Numbered from the stretch's first letter, positions 33,000-43,265 are shown. The stretch is 64,000 nt of DNA from an uncultured delta proteobacterium (GCA_963798485.1 CAWCTR010000004.1:160001-224000); one strand, 5' to 3'. Program-made: numbers and translations. Notes: generated by a model not told the origin, from the letters alone.

Positions 33000-33719
33000 A
33001 TGCCTGAAGAAATCAAGGCAGGATGTGCAAGACCTACAGGTGGGCCTGTGGGCGAGGAACCCAAGACAGCACCTCCCGAGGAGGAGGGTATCAGAAAGGA
33101 GGCAAAGGTTATGATCAAGGTCGGAGGCAAGGCCCCTGATTTCACTGCCCCAGCGTATCTTAAGGGCAAGTTCGTACAGATCAAACTATCGGAGTACCTC
33201 GGCAAGTGGGTGGTTCTCTGCTTCTATCCGGGTGACTTCACCTTTGTCTGAGCCACCGAGATCTCGGCAGTTGCCGAGAAATATGGAGAGTTCCAAAAGC
33301 TGGGCGTTGAAGTCTTTTCCATGAGCATCGACAGCGTGTTCGTCCATAAGATGTGGAACGACCATGAGCTTTCCAAGATGGTCAAGGATGGCGTACCCTT
33401 TACCATGCTCTCCGACGGCGGTGGCAGAGTGGGCAGCGTGTACGGTGTGTATGATCCGGATGCAGGGGTGGAGATGCGGGGCCGGTTCCTCATCGACCCA
33501 GACGGTGTGATACAAGGGTATGAGGTACTTACCCCACCTGTTGGTCGGAACGTGAGCGAAACGCTTCGCCAGATCCAGGCCTTCCAGCTTGTAAGAAACA
33601 GCAAAGGAACCGAAGCAACTCCATCTGGGTGGAGGCCGGGCAAAATCACGCTCAAGCCGGGACCGGATCTCGTGGGCAAGGTCTGGGAGGTATGGAAGAC
33701 CTCCATGGCATTTGACTGA
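33000..33719 (+). CDS. prxU: Selenocysteine-containing peroxiredoxin (AhpC-type, Sec84)
   Basis: [16 protein letters not shown] places UGA (33249-33251) at the peroxidatic Cys position. The two track ORFs are in one frame and a SECIS hairpin follows. Confidence 0.95.
33263..33278 (+). promoter_or_regulatory. Bacterial SECIS element
   Basis: CUCGGC-AGUU-GCCGAG hairpin after an 11-nt spacer from the UGA. Confidence 0.85.
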
Positions 33720-33744
33720 TTCAGATTTTTGTTCGTTTCATGTG

Positions 33745-33775
33745 AAGGCAGGGACGATATTGCCCCTGCCTTTTT
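33745..33775 (+). terminator. Rho-independent terminator after prxU
   Basis: AAGGCAGGG...CCCTGCCTT followed by a T run. Confidence 0.8.
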
Positions 33776-33901
33776 ATATGTGCGCCCTAACAATCAAACT
33801 ATACATTCCTATGAAAGAATGTCACGCTTAAGACACAAAAATATTATGACCCAAGTACAGGCCCAATTAAAGGATAGCATCCACATTTATCCTCCCATTG
33901 G

Positions 33902-34001
33902 AACTACTCCCGCCTCAAGGGATCTCCAACAGGTTGGATAAAGGGAATCATGTATAATTGTATAATAATCTTTCATTGATCGGGGTGGAAGACCATTACA
34001 T
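33902..34001 (+). repeat. Dispersed intergenic repeat family B, copy 2
   Basis: 84/100 identity to the reverse complement of 5516..5615. Confidence 0.9.
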
Positions 34002-34074
34002 GTGGGATTACTTCGATAAAAACTCACTAAGCTAAAACACTGATGCGGTTTCTCAGGCGCTTACGAATCTGCAC

Positions 34075-34183
34075 TGTAGATTATGTTCATAACTATACAT
34101 ATTGGCTAAAGTGTAGGTTATGCAATATAATCATCACGTCCATGCATACAAACTCGACCAGAGATTATGAAACATAATCTCTG
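34075..34183. other. Array of three palindromic sites resembling a resolvase res site
   Basis: TGTAGATTATG-tt-CATAACTATACA; TGTAGGTTATG-caa-TATAATCATCA; CAGAGATTATG-aaa-CATAATCTCTG. Confidence 0.55.
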
Positions 34184-34245
34184 ATTGCTAATCATGTCCC
34201 AAGATCGGCTGCAGGAGATTTTTCTTGGGCTAGTTCTTCACTGTC

Positions 34246-34521
34246 CTACTTATTCACCACATCCTTGAAAGCTTTCCCTGCCTTGAATCGAGGAGCCTTG
34301 CTTGCCTTGATCTTTATCTTCTGTCTGGTCTGGGGATTTACTCCTTCTCTGGCTGCCCTTTTAGCTATATCGAAGGTCCCAAAACCTATCAGGGTAACCT
34401 TATCACCCTTCTTGAGAGCACCAGTTATTGACTCTGTGAGAGCATCTACGGCGTCCAGTGCAGCTGACTTTGATATCTTTACTTTGCCTGCAATAACATC
34501 AACCAGATTTGTTTTTGTCAT
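34246..34521 (-). CDS. hup: HU family DNA-binding protein
   Basis: MTKTNLVD...VTLIGFGTF...RAAREGVNPQT...PRFKAGK; RBS GAGGAGG before ATG 34521. Confidence 0.95.
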   Translation of the reverse strand: MTKTNLVDVIAGKVKISKSAALDAVDALTESITGALKKGDKVTLIGFGTFDIAKRAAREGVNPQTRQKIKIKASKAPRFKAGKAFKDVVNK

Positions 34522-34681
34522 GACTTCCTCCTCGTATTTACCAAACCACCTATTATCATGCTCTGTCCCTATTAAAGAGATGTGTTCATGAAGAATGGCT
34601 CTTACTGTGGTTTGAGCATTATCATCTCTATAATATATCAACAGGACAATGTCATCTCTATCATGAATAGGATGACAGATT

Positions 34682-35053
34682 TTATCTCCGTCCTGCTCCT
34701 GATACTCTGCCAGTCTTTCTCTTGCCTGGAGCCCCCTGTTCCTGGATTGATCTCATTTCCTTTTCAACCCTCTCAGCTAGAAAGCTCTTCAAAAGTGTCT
34801 GATAGGGTATATCTCTCTTGTTAGCCAAGGACTTAACATTGGCTATCAACAGCTCAGGCAGCCTCAATGATATTGATCTGAGCGATGGTTTCAGGTCTGG
34901 GAATATAGATCTTTTTGCTTTATTCCAATCTATGTACCTGGTGGAATCGGCAGTTGCCCAGAATTCACGTTCGTCTTCTTCAGAGGTAAACTTCGGGACT
35001 GGGATCTTAGAGGTCTTTTTCATGACTGCATCACTCTCCTTGTAATCTCTCAA
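34682..35053 (-). CDS. BrnA/CopG-like antitoxin
   Basis: PKFTSEEDEREFWATADS...SISLRLP...RDIPYQTLLK; overlaps brnT. Confidence 0.85.
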   Translation of the reverse strand: MRDYKESDAVMKKTSKIPVPKFTSEEDEREFWATADSTRYIDWNKAKRSIFPDLKPSLRSISLRLPELLIANVKSLANKRDIPYQTLLKSFLAERVEKEMRSIQEQGAPGKRKTGRVSGAGRR

Positions 35054-35342
35054 ATTCTCTTTTCTCGTTTCTGTTCATGTCCCTTGCCGATATGATCCTG
35101 ATGAGTTGATTCCGTATGGTGTAAACAACGAATAACCTTCTTCCTGAATCTGTTTTCCCCAGTGCATAGTACCTGGGCTCATCATGTGAGTGACGTACAT
35201 CCGATCCACTGATAAACGGTTGATTAAAGAATACCTGCTCACATTCACTGTCCGAAACCTTATGTTTTGTTAGGTTCTTGTTGCTGTTCCCATCATCCCA
35301 TTCAAACCCTATGCAATCCAATACCTCATCGGCAACTTTCAT
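35031..35342 (-). CDS. BrnT family toxin
   Basis: FEWDDGN..KN..KH, RYYALGKT and IRIISARDMNRNE motifs. Confidence 0.92.
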   Translation of the reverse strand: MKVADEVLDCIGFEWDDGNSNKNLTKHKVSDSECEQVFFNQPFISGSDVRHSHDEPRYYALGKTDSGRRLFVVYTIRNQLIRIISARDMNRNEKREFERLQGE

Positions 35343-35569
35343 AGTAACTGTATATAGATGACATATACATTAGTCAAGTGATTCATGAGACAGTCTTGAG
35401 ATATTGGCACCTAAAGTTAGCATATTGATTCATGATAACAATGCCTTCAAACTCTCATGTAATCTCCTATCTCTCCGATACAATTCTATAATAAGAGCTA
35501 CCAGATTCAATACAGACCGGCTTATCCATATATATCCATTTACAACTTAGACATCAGGAGAGAGGTTGC

Positions 35570-35833
35570 ATGAAAAAAGTCGATGCTATAAAAGAGTTGT
35601 GCTTGGATCTGCTGTACGATTCGGGAATCCATAACCAGGAGATCATGAAGCACCTGACTTTCTCTACAGGTCTGATTGAGAATGATATTACCCAAGAAGG
35701 GTGTGATGACTGGTTTGAACGGAGTATGAATGAAACTGCCAGGTATATCAGGGGAAAAGTGTGTTTATGCAGTAATAAGACTCTTGATGATGTACATTTC
35801 CTGCTGTTGGAGATATCAGGAATAGTGCATTGA
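35570..35833 (+). CDS. Hypothetical protein
   Basis: 87-aa ORF with GAGG RBS; no recognised motif. Confidence 0.5.
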   Translation: MKKVDAIKELCLDLLYDSGIHNQEIMKHLTFSTGLIENDITQEGCDDWFERSMNETARYIRGKVCLCSNKTLDDVHFLLLEISGIVH

Positions 35834-36094
35834 ATCATCCATTGTACTGATTCCATTGATCACTGTTGGCATCCAACCAATGAATCACATGCAGAAATAC
35901 TCTCTCACGCTGTGTCGTATGGATGTTCCCCTATACCCTCATGTTTGAATTCTGAGTGTCACTATAGATGCGGGAACGATTCTGATAACTTCGAAAATTA
36001 ATATATTGAATAAAGACTAGTTGGTGTGGAAGAGCATGGGAATTTAACCCATGAATGTATGGGAGCATTAGCACCATCATTCTGCAAAGCAAAA

Positions 36095-36126
36095 ATCCCC
36101 GGTACACCAAACGGTACACCGGGGAT
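36095..36126. repeat. Direct repeat CGGTACACC x2 inside an inverted repeat, next to the tRNA-Glu 3' end (possible integrase arm sites or terminator)
   Basis: ATCCCCGGTACACCAAACGGTACACCGGGGAT. Confidence 0.55.
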
Positions 36127-36147
36127 CTTCTGAAAACCTGTAAGTCC

Positions 36148-36223
36148 TGGTAGTCCCAAGGGGAATTGAACCCCTGTTTACGGCGTGAGAGGCCGTTGTC
36201 CTAGGCCACTAGACGATGGGACC
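36148..36223 (-). tRNA. tRNA-Glu(CTC)
   Basis: GGTCCCA acceptor; ACGGC-CTCTCAC-GCCGT anticodon arm; GGTTCAATTCC T arm; encoded CCA. Confidence 0.97.
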
Positions 36224-36231
36224 GCAAAATC

Positions 36232-36305
36232 TGACTGGGGGACTAGGATTCGAACCTAGATAAACGGAGTCAGAGTCCGCTGTCTTACCATTGGACGATC
36301 CCCCA
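36232..36305 (-). tRNA. tRNA-Gln(CTG)
   Basis: TGGGGGA acceptor; GCGGA-CTCTGAC-TCCGT anticodon arm; GGTTCGAATCC T arm; ends in GTCA rather than GCCA. Confidence 0.96.
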
Positions 36306-36508
36306 GTGCATCTAGTTCTTCTAACGGCTGAACAAAGGCTTGTCAAGGTGTTTTTCTCTTGTCGTGATCCCGGGTGGAGCATGCCCTGGAGCGGGTTTAA
36401 AGACATTGTAGGGCTGGGGTATGCAAGGTGATAGGAACCGGTTAGTCCCCATTTTTGATATGAGCAAAAGGCCTTGTATTGCTCATTCGCGAATGTTATT
36501 CAACTTAT

Positions 36509-37729
36509 ATGACCATCAAGGACGACAAGCTCTATATTGTGATGGTGGGCCTGCCTTCCCAGGGCAAGTCCACCGTGGCCTTTCGGATGCAGGACATCTT
36601 CAAGAAGAACTCCATCCCCACCATGATCTACAACAATGGGGAGTTGCGGAGGAAGTACGCACCCGCAGACACCTGGATGTCGGACTTCTACAACCCCCAG
36701 AACAAAGAGGCCATGGAATTGAGAAAACAGTTTGCCCTTATGAATATCAAACGCGCAAGGCAATACCTGAGAAATAAAGGCCAGGTGGCCATACTGGATG
36801 CAACGAACGTCAGCCGGACCAGGCGCGAGCTCATCGAGGAGAACCTGAAGGAACACCCTATACTCTATATCGAATGTATCAACAATGATGATGATATCGT
36901 GGATGTAAGCATCAGCCACAAGGTGCGCGCACCCGAATTTTCATCGCTCAGCGAAGAGCTGGCGATCAAGGAGTTCAAGAAGAGGATTGAATATTACCGG
37001 ATGATCTACAAGCCCCTTCATGTGGAGCGGAACTTTATCACCATGGACTCCCTGCACAACCGGGTCCTGTCCGAGCAGATCGAAGACCAGCTTCCGCTCT
37101 ATTCCCGCATCAGGGACTGCCTGGTGACCGACGTGGTGAAAAGCCTCTTCCTCATCCGTCACACCGAGACCTTCTTCAATGTGGAAGACCGCATCGGGGG
37201 CGATCCCGACCTCACCCCCAGGGGAAGGGAACAGGCAAATGCGCTGGGCCGGTTCTTTAAGAACAAGAAGATAGCCTATATCTTCACCAGCGAGATGAAG
37301 CGGACATTCCAGACGGCCAAGGCCATCAAGGCCCTCCAGCATGATTGCACTATCGTACGTTTGAAAGAGTTTAACGAGATCCATGCCGGTAACTGCGAGG
37401 GCATGACCTATGACGAGATCCAGCGTTTCAAGCCTGATATCCACTCTGCACGCAAGGCGGACAAGTACAACTATATCTACCCCGGCGGCGAGGGTTACGG
37501 TACCATGAAGGAGCGGATCAAGATCGGCATTAAAAAGGCCTTCTACCTGAACCAGAGGCCTGACAAAATCATGATTATTGGGCATAGGGCCGTTAACCGC
37601 ATGATCCTCTCGCACTTTCTTTACCGCAGGGAAGAGGATGTGCCCTACATCTACATACCCCAGGACAAGTTCTACCATATTGTGGCGACCCAGGATCGCA
37701 AGGTGTTCGAGCTGAAAAAGTACGAGTAG
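36509..37729 (+). CDS. Bifunctional 6-phosphofructo-2-kinase/fructose-2,6-bisphosphatase-like protein
   Basis: IVMVGLPSQGKST, NNGELRR, AILDATN and F.KRI.YY kinase motifs; RHTET...RIGGD.DLT..G, NEIHAG.CEGMTY, YPGGEGY and IIGHRAVNR phosphatase motifs. Confidence 0.88.
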   Translation: MTIKDDKLYIVMVGLPSQGKSTVAFRMQDIFKKNSIPTMIYNNGELRRKYAPADTWMSDFYNPQNKEAMELRKQFALMNIKRARQYLRNKGQVAILDATNVSRTRRELIEENLKEHPILYIECINNDDDIVDVSISHKVRAPEFSSLSEELAIKEFKKRIEYYRMIYKPLHVERNFITMDSLHNRVLSEQIEDQLPLYSRIRDCLVTDVVKSLFLIRHTETFFNVEDRIGGDPDLTPRGREQANALGRFFKNKKIAYIFTSEMKRTFQTAKAIKALQHDCTIVRLKEFNEIHAGNCEGMTYDEIQRFKPDIHSARKADKYNYIYPGGEGYGTMKERIKIGIKKAFYLNQRPDKIMIIGHRAVNRMILSHFLYRREEDVPYIYIPQDKFYHIVATQDRKVFELKKYE

Positions 37730-37739
37730 GTGCTTGGGC

Positions 37740-38769
37740 TCAGGGCGCCTTTTCCATGGATTCAAGCGTCTTCACCATGGTGGCTGCCGTCTCAAAATCA
37801 GGATTGATTTTCAGGGCTTTAATAAAGCATTCCTTTGCCAGAAGGGTTTGGCCCATTTCGAGATAGGCCCTGCCCATGTTGAAGTGGATATTCTCATCTT
37901 TCGGATCGATCTTCACGGCCTTCTGATAAACCTTCACGGCATCCGCATGCCGGTTCTGCCTCCGATAGATAATCCCTAAGCTGTTGTATACGTTCGTGGT
38001 GTCGGGGTTCAGCGAGATGATCTCATTAAAGATGCCCTCCGCCTTTTCATGCATGTCGCGCTCCAGGAATATCTCACCCGCCATATTGAGATATCTTTCA
38101 GCCATATGCGTTGTTGCCCATTTTTATAAAGACTTCAGCCATGGCCTGGTAAGCCTTGGCGAAGAGCTGGTTGATCTGGGTAGCCTTCCTGAAGGCTGCA
38201 AGGGCTTCATCATATTCAGATTTTGCCGTATGGATATACCCGATGTTGTAATAGACCTCAGCCGACTCCAGAACCGCCAGGACGCTTTGATATTCCTTTA
38301 TTGCGAGGTCGAACAGACCTGCCTTTGTATAGGTATCGCCCTTCTCCAGGTAGGCCTTTGCCTTTTTGGTTGACGGGGTCATGTCGAATTCCAGGATCAG
38401 GCTTATCTTTTTCTCAAGGATATCCATACTGAGCGGTTCCACAAGGATGGCGTTCACCCCTGACTCACCTGCCTTGATGACATCGCTTTTGGTTATCTCG
38501 GCAGTCCAGAGGACAACGGGCGTATCCGAATATTGTGAATCCGAACGGATAAGTCTGAGCAGGGCCATGCCGTTCATCTCAGGCATATGCCACTGGGCAA
38601 TGACAATGCCGGGGTTGATCCTTTTCTTCATGAGCTCCCATCCGCGTGGTCCGTCATCGGCATGCTCCATATTGGTGAAGCCGAGCTTTGCCAGCATGGT
38701 TGATACGTTCTTGTGGTAGAAGGTATTGGGTCCGATGATGAGGATTCGAACCCCCGGGGCAATGGCCAT
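37740..38769 (-). CDS. Receiver-domain/TPR protein, apparently one gene split by a +1 frameshift near 38106
   Basis: REC fold (WHMPEMNG..LL, EP) followed by TPRs. One TPR is split between ORFs 38098..38769 and 37740..38105 (KMGNNA|MAERYL). Confidence 0.75.
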
Positions 38770-38786
38770 ATACGATCCTCCTTAGC

Positions 38787-39824
38787 CTAAAAACGCCTGG
38801 TTAAGCCAATGCCGGCATCAGAGCACTCCTGTTTGATCTTTGCCTTGATGGATATACTGTCACCTGTATCGTTACCGGTAGTGCCAGGGTCGTCTCCATA
38901 CCAGTACTGATCCTCATGGCCGTCCGTAGCGATCCTGATAAAGGAGTACCGGGAGGAGATGAACCAGTTGCCGGTGATCTTAAAGAGGCTTGAAATAGAG
39001 GCTTGATAGCCTCCCCCTGAAGCGGACGTGTGTGAGACCCTGTTGCGTTCGAGGTGTATGTCCTCATCCTTTGCATAAACAAGGGGGAGAGCAGAGGCTT
39101 CAAGGGTGATGATTAAAGTGTCTTCGACCCTGGACTGCAGTGCAAGGCCTAGGGAGAATATATTATAGTTTACCGTGTAGGTAGAGGTAAGCCCTGATAG
39201 TGAACTTGTCTGGTTCTGCCAGGGGCCATACCCGATCTGGCGTGTATTATAAGCCCTGTAATCGAACTTCTCATACTGGTAGCCGGCTGTAAAACCCGCA
39301 GAGATGAACCTCGTGCGCAATGGGAAGATACGAGATTGAAGTGCAAAGACAAGTGCCTTGGAATCGAGGTCACTCTCCGAATAGATATCAACACCATCAT
39401 GCTGGATTTGCGCACCGGTTTCATCGAGGTAATCGTAATCCTTCATGGGATTGTGATTTGACTCCCAGGGCGATGCCGCGATGTTGAACTCAGCTTCAAA
39501 GATGTCTTGGGCCGACAGACCGAGCCTTATGCCGATGGTCCTTGCATCGATGGGCCACTCCAGTTTGCTGCGTCCGCCATCGAAGGTCGTTAGAATAGAG
39601 TTATTCCCTGTTATGTCGAGGGCCTCAAGTGAGCCTGTTCCGTGATAGTCAAAGGCATGAACAGTTGAATCTAAAGATGCAACCGCGAGCACCGAGGAAA
39701 CCAGGACAAGGATTGAAAGCGAGAAGGCCGTTCGCACCTTGAATAGTATGAGTCTTCCAATGTTATCAGAAGGGATGGATTTGGTCCTCGTGGTAATGGG
39801 TCCCGATGGAGAATTTTGATTCAA
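38787..39824 (-). CDS. Omptin family outer-membrane protease
   Basis: SKLEWP, MKDYDY and DEDIHLER motifs; C-terminal Phe. True start uncertain. Confidence 0.75.
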   Translation of the reverse strand: MNQNSPSGPITTRTKSIPSDNIGRLILFKVRTAFSLSILVLVSSVLAVASLDSTVHAFDYHGTGSLEALDITGNNSILTTFDGGRSKLEWPIDARTIGIRLGLSAQDIFEAEFNIAASPWESNHNPMKDYDYLDETGAQIQHDGVDIYSESDLDSKALVFALQSRIFPLRTRFISAGFTAGYQYEKFDYRAYNTRQIGYGPWQNQTSSLSGLTSTYTVNYNIFSLGLALQSRVEDTLIITLEASALPLVYAKDEDIHLERNRVSHTSASGGGYQASISSLFKITGNWFISSRYSFIRIATDGHEDQYWYGDDPGTTGNDTGDSISIKAKIKQECSDAGIGLTRRF

Positions 39825-39931
39825 GTCGGATTCCGTTTTACTTTTTTATACCAGGGTTAGCATGATCGGTTTTTGTCAGGCAAGAAAATTCAGGTTCTTC
39901 TTAAGTACTCTGATGTCAATCGATCAAGGAT

Positions 39932-42376
39932 TTGATTTTTATGTGCCGGATTCCGAGAAGAACCATAGTGAATACTTACCGGGCAGACACAATAACAATG
40001 GATCATATTCGACAGCTCATAGCCTCCTGTCGGGATGGATGTTCCGGGCTCTCTGAAGGATTTGCCTTGAGCGGCCTGGAGAGACTCCTTATCCAGCTTG
40101 TTGACTGCCAGCCTGATGCCTCCTTTGCCATTGATACCAAAGGTAGGATTATTGCGTGGAACAGGGCAATGGAAGACCTTACCGGTTTAAGGAAATCCGA
40201 AATCCTGGGCAAGGCCGGTTATGAATATGCAGTGCCTTTCTATAAAGACAGGAGGCCTATACTCATTGACTATGTGGTAAGCAGGGATGAGGAGATCATG
40301 AAGCACTACCCCCAGGCAGAGCTTGAGGGCAATGCAGTGGTTGCGGAGATAGAAGCCACGCTCAAGCATGACAAACAGGTGGTGTTGTGGATCAAGGCAC
40401 AGCCCGTGTACGACTTTGACGGGAATATTATCGGCTCCATCGAGTCGGTCAGGGACATCACTGCATACAGAAAGACCCAGAAAGAGTTCAGGGAGGTCGA
40501 GGATCGGTATCGGGCACTCTTCGATCGATCTCTTTTTTGTGTCTATGTGCATGACTTCGAGGGTAATTATATTGATGCAAACAGGGCCACATTGGATGCC
40601 CTGGGCTATACCCTCGACGAGCTCAAGGGGCTTCAGTTCAGATCGCTCATCACAAAGGATCAGTATCCCCTCGCGCTCAAAGTCCGTGAAGAGATTATGA
40701 ACAACGGCACCCAGGAGGGGTTGAGCGAGTTTATTCTTACCAGGAAAGACGGGACAACGCTTACGATCGAATCCAATGGCGCGCTGATCTTCCGTGACGG
40801 CAAGCCCTATGCCATCCAGGGTATGGCAAGGGATATCACCGAGCGCAAGCTGGCTGAAGAGGCCCTGCTGGAGAGCGAGAACAGGTACCGCACCGTGTTC
40901 GAAAACGTCAGCGACTTCCTCATCATCCATGGACTGGACGGCACCATCATGGAGACCAATAGTGCATCGATCAGGCGCAGTGGATACACGTCCGATGACC
41001 TCAAGGGCATGAACATACGGGACCTCATCCCGGGGAAGTACCGTGAGGGGTTTGATGAATACCTGCACAGGATTGTGAAGAACGGCCGTGACGACGGGCT
41101 CCTGCGCGTCAGGACAAAAGACGGTGACGACAGGGTTGTAGAATACAAGAACGTCCTTATCCGCCGTACGGACGGGACCCCGTGGTATATCCAGGGGTCG
41201 GCCAGGGACATCACGGAACAGGTCAAGGCACAGAAGGCCCTCAAGGAGAGCACCGAAAAGTACCGGAATATCCTTGAAAACATGCAGGAGGGCTATTTCG
41301 AGGTGGATCTGGCCGGCAGCTTCACCTTCTTCAACCATGTGATATGCGACAACCTCGGATATACCGAAGATGAGCTCTCCAGTATGAATTACCAGGACTA
41401 CATGGATGAGGAGAATGCCCGGAAGGTCTTCGAGCAGTTTCACCAGGTCTTCCAGACGGGTAAGTCCACCAAGGCCTTTGAGTGGGAGCAGATACGAAAG
41501 AACGGCAACCCCATGTATGTTGAGGCATCCATCATGCTCATCAGGAATGCACAGGGAGAGCCGGTCGGCTTCCAGGGCATTGTCCGCGACATCACCGAGC
41601 GTAAGGAGGCGGAGAATGAGCGGGTCCGTCAGGAGATACGCCTTATGCAGGCCCAGAAGATGGAGGCCATCGGTACGCTGTCCAGCGGCATAGCCCATGA
41701 CTTCAATAACATGCTCTCGGGCATCCTGGGCTACGGCGAGCTCCTCAAGCGTGAACTGGAAGATGGCAGCCGTACACGGGCATACTGCGAGCAGATACTC
41801 AGTGCGAGTATGCGGGCACGGGACCTTGTTTCGCAGATCCTCTCGTTCAGCCGCTCCTATAAGGCCACCAGAGAGCCCATAGAGGTTTATCCCCTTGTCG
41901 AGGATGCACTCAAGCTCCTTCAGGCAAGCATACCCACGACCATTGAAATAGTGAGCTCCATTGATGCCCATGCAGGAATGGTTTGCGGCGATCCTACGGA
42001 GATCCACCAGATCGTCATGAATCTCTGCACGAACGCCTTCCATTCCATGGAAACCAGAGGGGGGATTTTAAGCGTGGGTTTGTATCCTTTAACCCTTGAT
42101 GGGCATTTTACTGCCCGCTATCCCAGGCTTAATCCCGGTCCCCATGTGGTGCTCTCGGTGAGTGACACGGGATGCGGTATTGATGAGGAGACCAGCAAGC
42201 ATATCTTCGAGCCGTTTTTCACCACCAAGGAGCAGGGAAAAGGCACGGGGCTCGGCCTGGCGACGGTGCAACGCATCGTGAGCGCCCTCAATGGGGAGAT
42301 CACCCTTGAGAGCGCCTTGAACAAAGGGAGCACCTTCACCATATACCTGCCGTGCGTGGGGAATGGGCACAAATAG
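39932..42376 (+). CDS. Multi-PAS sensor histidine kinase (likely start ATG 39998)
   Basis: Four PAS/PAC repeats ending RDIT; AHDFNN H-box; NLCTNA, DTGCG, FEPFFTTK and GTGLGL motifs. Confidence 0.95.
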   Translation: MIFMCRIPRRTIVNTYRADTITMDHIRQLIASCRDGCSGLSEGFALSGLERLLIQLVDCQPDASFAIDTKGRIIAWNRAMEDLTGLRKSEILGKAGYEYAVPFYKDRRPILIDYVVSRDEEIMKHYPQAELEGNAVVAEIEATLKHDKQVVLWIKAQPVYDFDGNIIGSIESVRDITAYRKTQKEFREVEDRYRALFDRSLFCVYVHDFEGNYIDANRATLDALGYTLDELKGLQFRSLITKDQYPLALKVREEIMNNGTQEGLSEFILTRKDGTTLTIESNGALIFRDGKPYAIQGMARDITERKLAEEALLESENRYRTVFENVSDFLIIHGLDGTIMETNSASIRRSGYTSDDLKGMNIRDLIPGKYREGFDEYLHRIVKNGRDDGLLRVRTKDGDDRVVEYKNVLIRRTDGTPWYIQGSARDITEQVKAQKALKESTEKYRNILENMQEGYFEVDLAGSFTFFNHVICDNLGYTEDELSSMNYQDYMDEENARKVFEQFHQVFQTGKSTKAFEWEQIRKNGNPMYVEASIMLIRNAQGEPVGFQGIVRDITERKEAENERVRQEIRLMQAQKMEAIGTLSSGIAHDFNNMLSGILGYGELLKRELEDGSRTRAYCEQILSASMRARDLVSQILSFSRSYKATREPIEVYPLVEDALKLLQASIPTTIEIVSSIDAHAGMVCGDPTEIHQIVMNLCTNAFHSMETRGGILSVGLYPLTLDGHFTARYPRLNPGPHVVLSVSDTGCGIDEETSKHIFEPFFTTKEQGKGTGLGLATVQRIVSALNGEITLESALNKGSTFTIYLPCVGNGHK

Positions 42377-42419
42377 GTTTCAGGCTCCAAACGAAATAGT
42401 CTGATTGCGCGCTTCAATC

Positions 42420-43265
42420 TCAGTCGGTCTTGTTCACTGCGACTGAGGGAAAGCTGATGATCTTTTTCCCATTAATCAGATCCTCTGGTTTCCGGGAATA
42501 TCCGAAGGTGTCTGTTTCATGTTCATGGATAATATTGGCCCGGTGGAGAAGTTCATGATCAGAAATAACTTCGGCGGGTGTCCCGTCGGCGATGATACCA
42601 TGGTCTTCGCCCAGCACGATTACCCGTGATGAGATCTGTTTCACCAGGGAGATGTCGTGGGTTGTAGTGATGATGGTCTTGCCCGCCTTTCTGATTTCGC
42701 TCATGAGCCCTATCAGCCAGTGGCGGGTTCTCAGGTCAAGGGAGCTGGTGGGCTCATCTAGGAGCAGGACTTGTGGGTTCAATGATAATACCGATCCTAT
42801 GGCGACCCGTTTTTTTTCCCCACCCGAGAGCTGGTTGGGGGTGCGGTCCTTGAGGGAAGAGATACCGAGCATGTCAAGGACATCATCAACCCGTTTTATC
42901 ACCTCTCCTTCAGGCAGGCCGAGCTGCAACGGGCCGAATGCGATCTCATCATAGACCTTGGGACAAAAGAGCTGGATGTCCGGGTTCTGGAATACGAATC
43001 CCACCCTGCTCCGGAAGAAATGGCGGAAGATATCCGTTTCGAGCTTGTCTTCCGTCAGGACCTCGCCGAATGCCGTGATGGCCCCTGAGCTCGGGAAGAT
43101 GAGTCCGTCCAGCATATGCAGAAGGGTTGATTTGCCAGAACCATTGGCACCAAGTATCGCCAGGGATTCACCAGTGTGGATTGAAAGGCTGATCCTGTCG
43201 ATGGCCGGGATGGAGGCATGGTAGCGGTAACTTACAGCCGATAGCTCGTAGATGGAGTTTCTCAT
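42420..43265 (-). CDS. cbiO: ECF transporter ATPase (NikO/CbiO)
   Basis: GANGSGKST, FQNPD, LSGGEKKR and LLLDEPT motifs. Confidence 0.92.
   Translation of the reverse strand: MRNSIYELSAVSYRYHASIPAIDRISLSIHTGESLAILGANGSGKSTLLHMLDGLIFPSSGAITAFGEVLTEDKLETDIFRHFFRSRVGFVFQNPDIQLFCPKVYDEIAFGPLQLGLPEGEVIKRVDDVLDMLGISSLKDRTPNQLSGGEKKRVAIGSVLSLNPQVLLLDEPTSSLDLRTRHWLIGLMSEIRKAGKTIITTTHDISLVKQISSRVIVLGEDHGIIADGTPAEVISDHELLHRANIIHEHETDTFGYSRKPEDLINGKKIISFPSVAVNKTD

Noticed and set aside
40187-42043. 618-aa minus-strand ORF
   Set aside because: Antisense shadow of the histidine kinase; no motifs.
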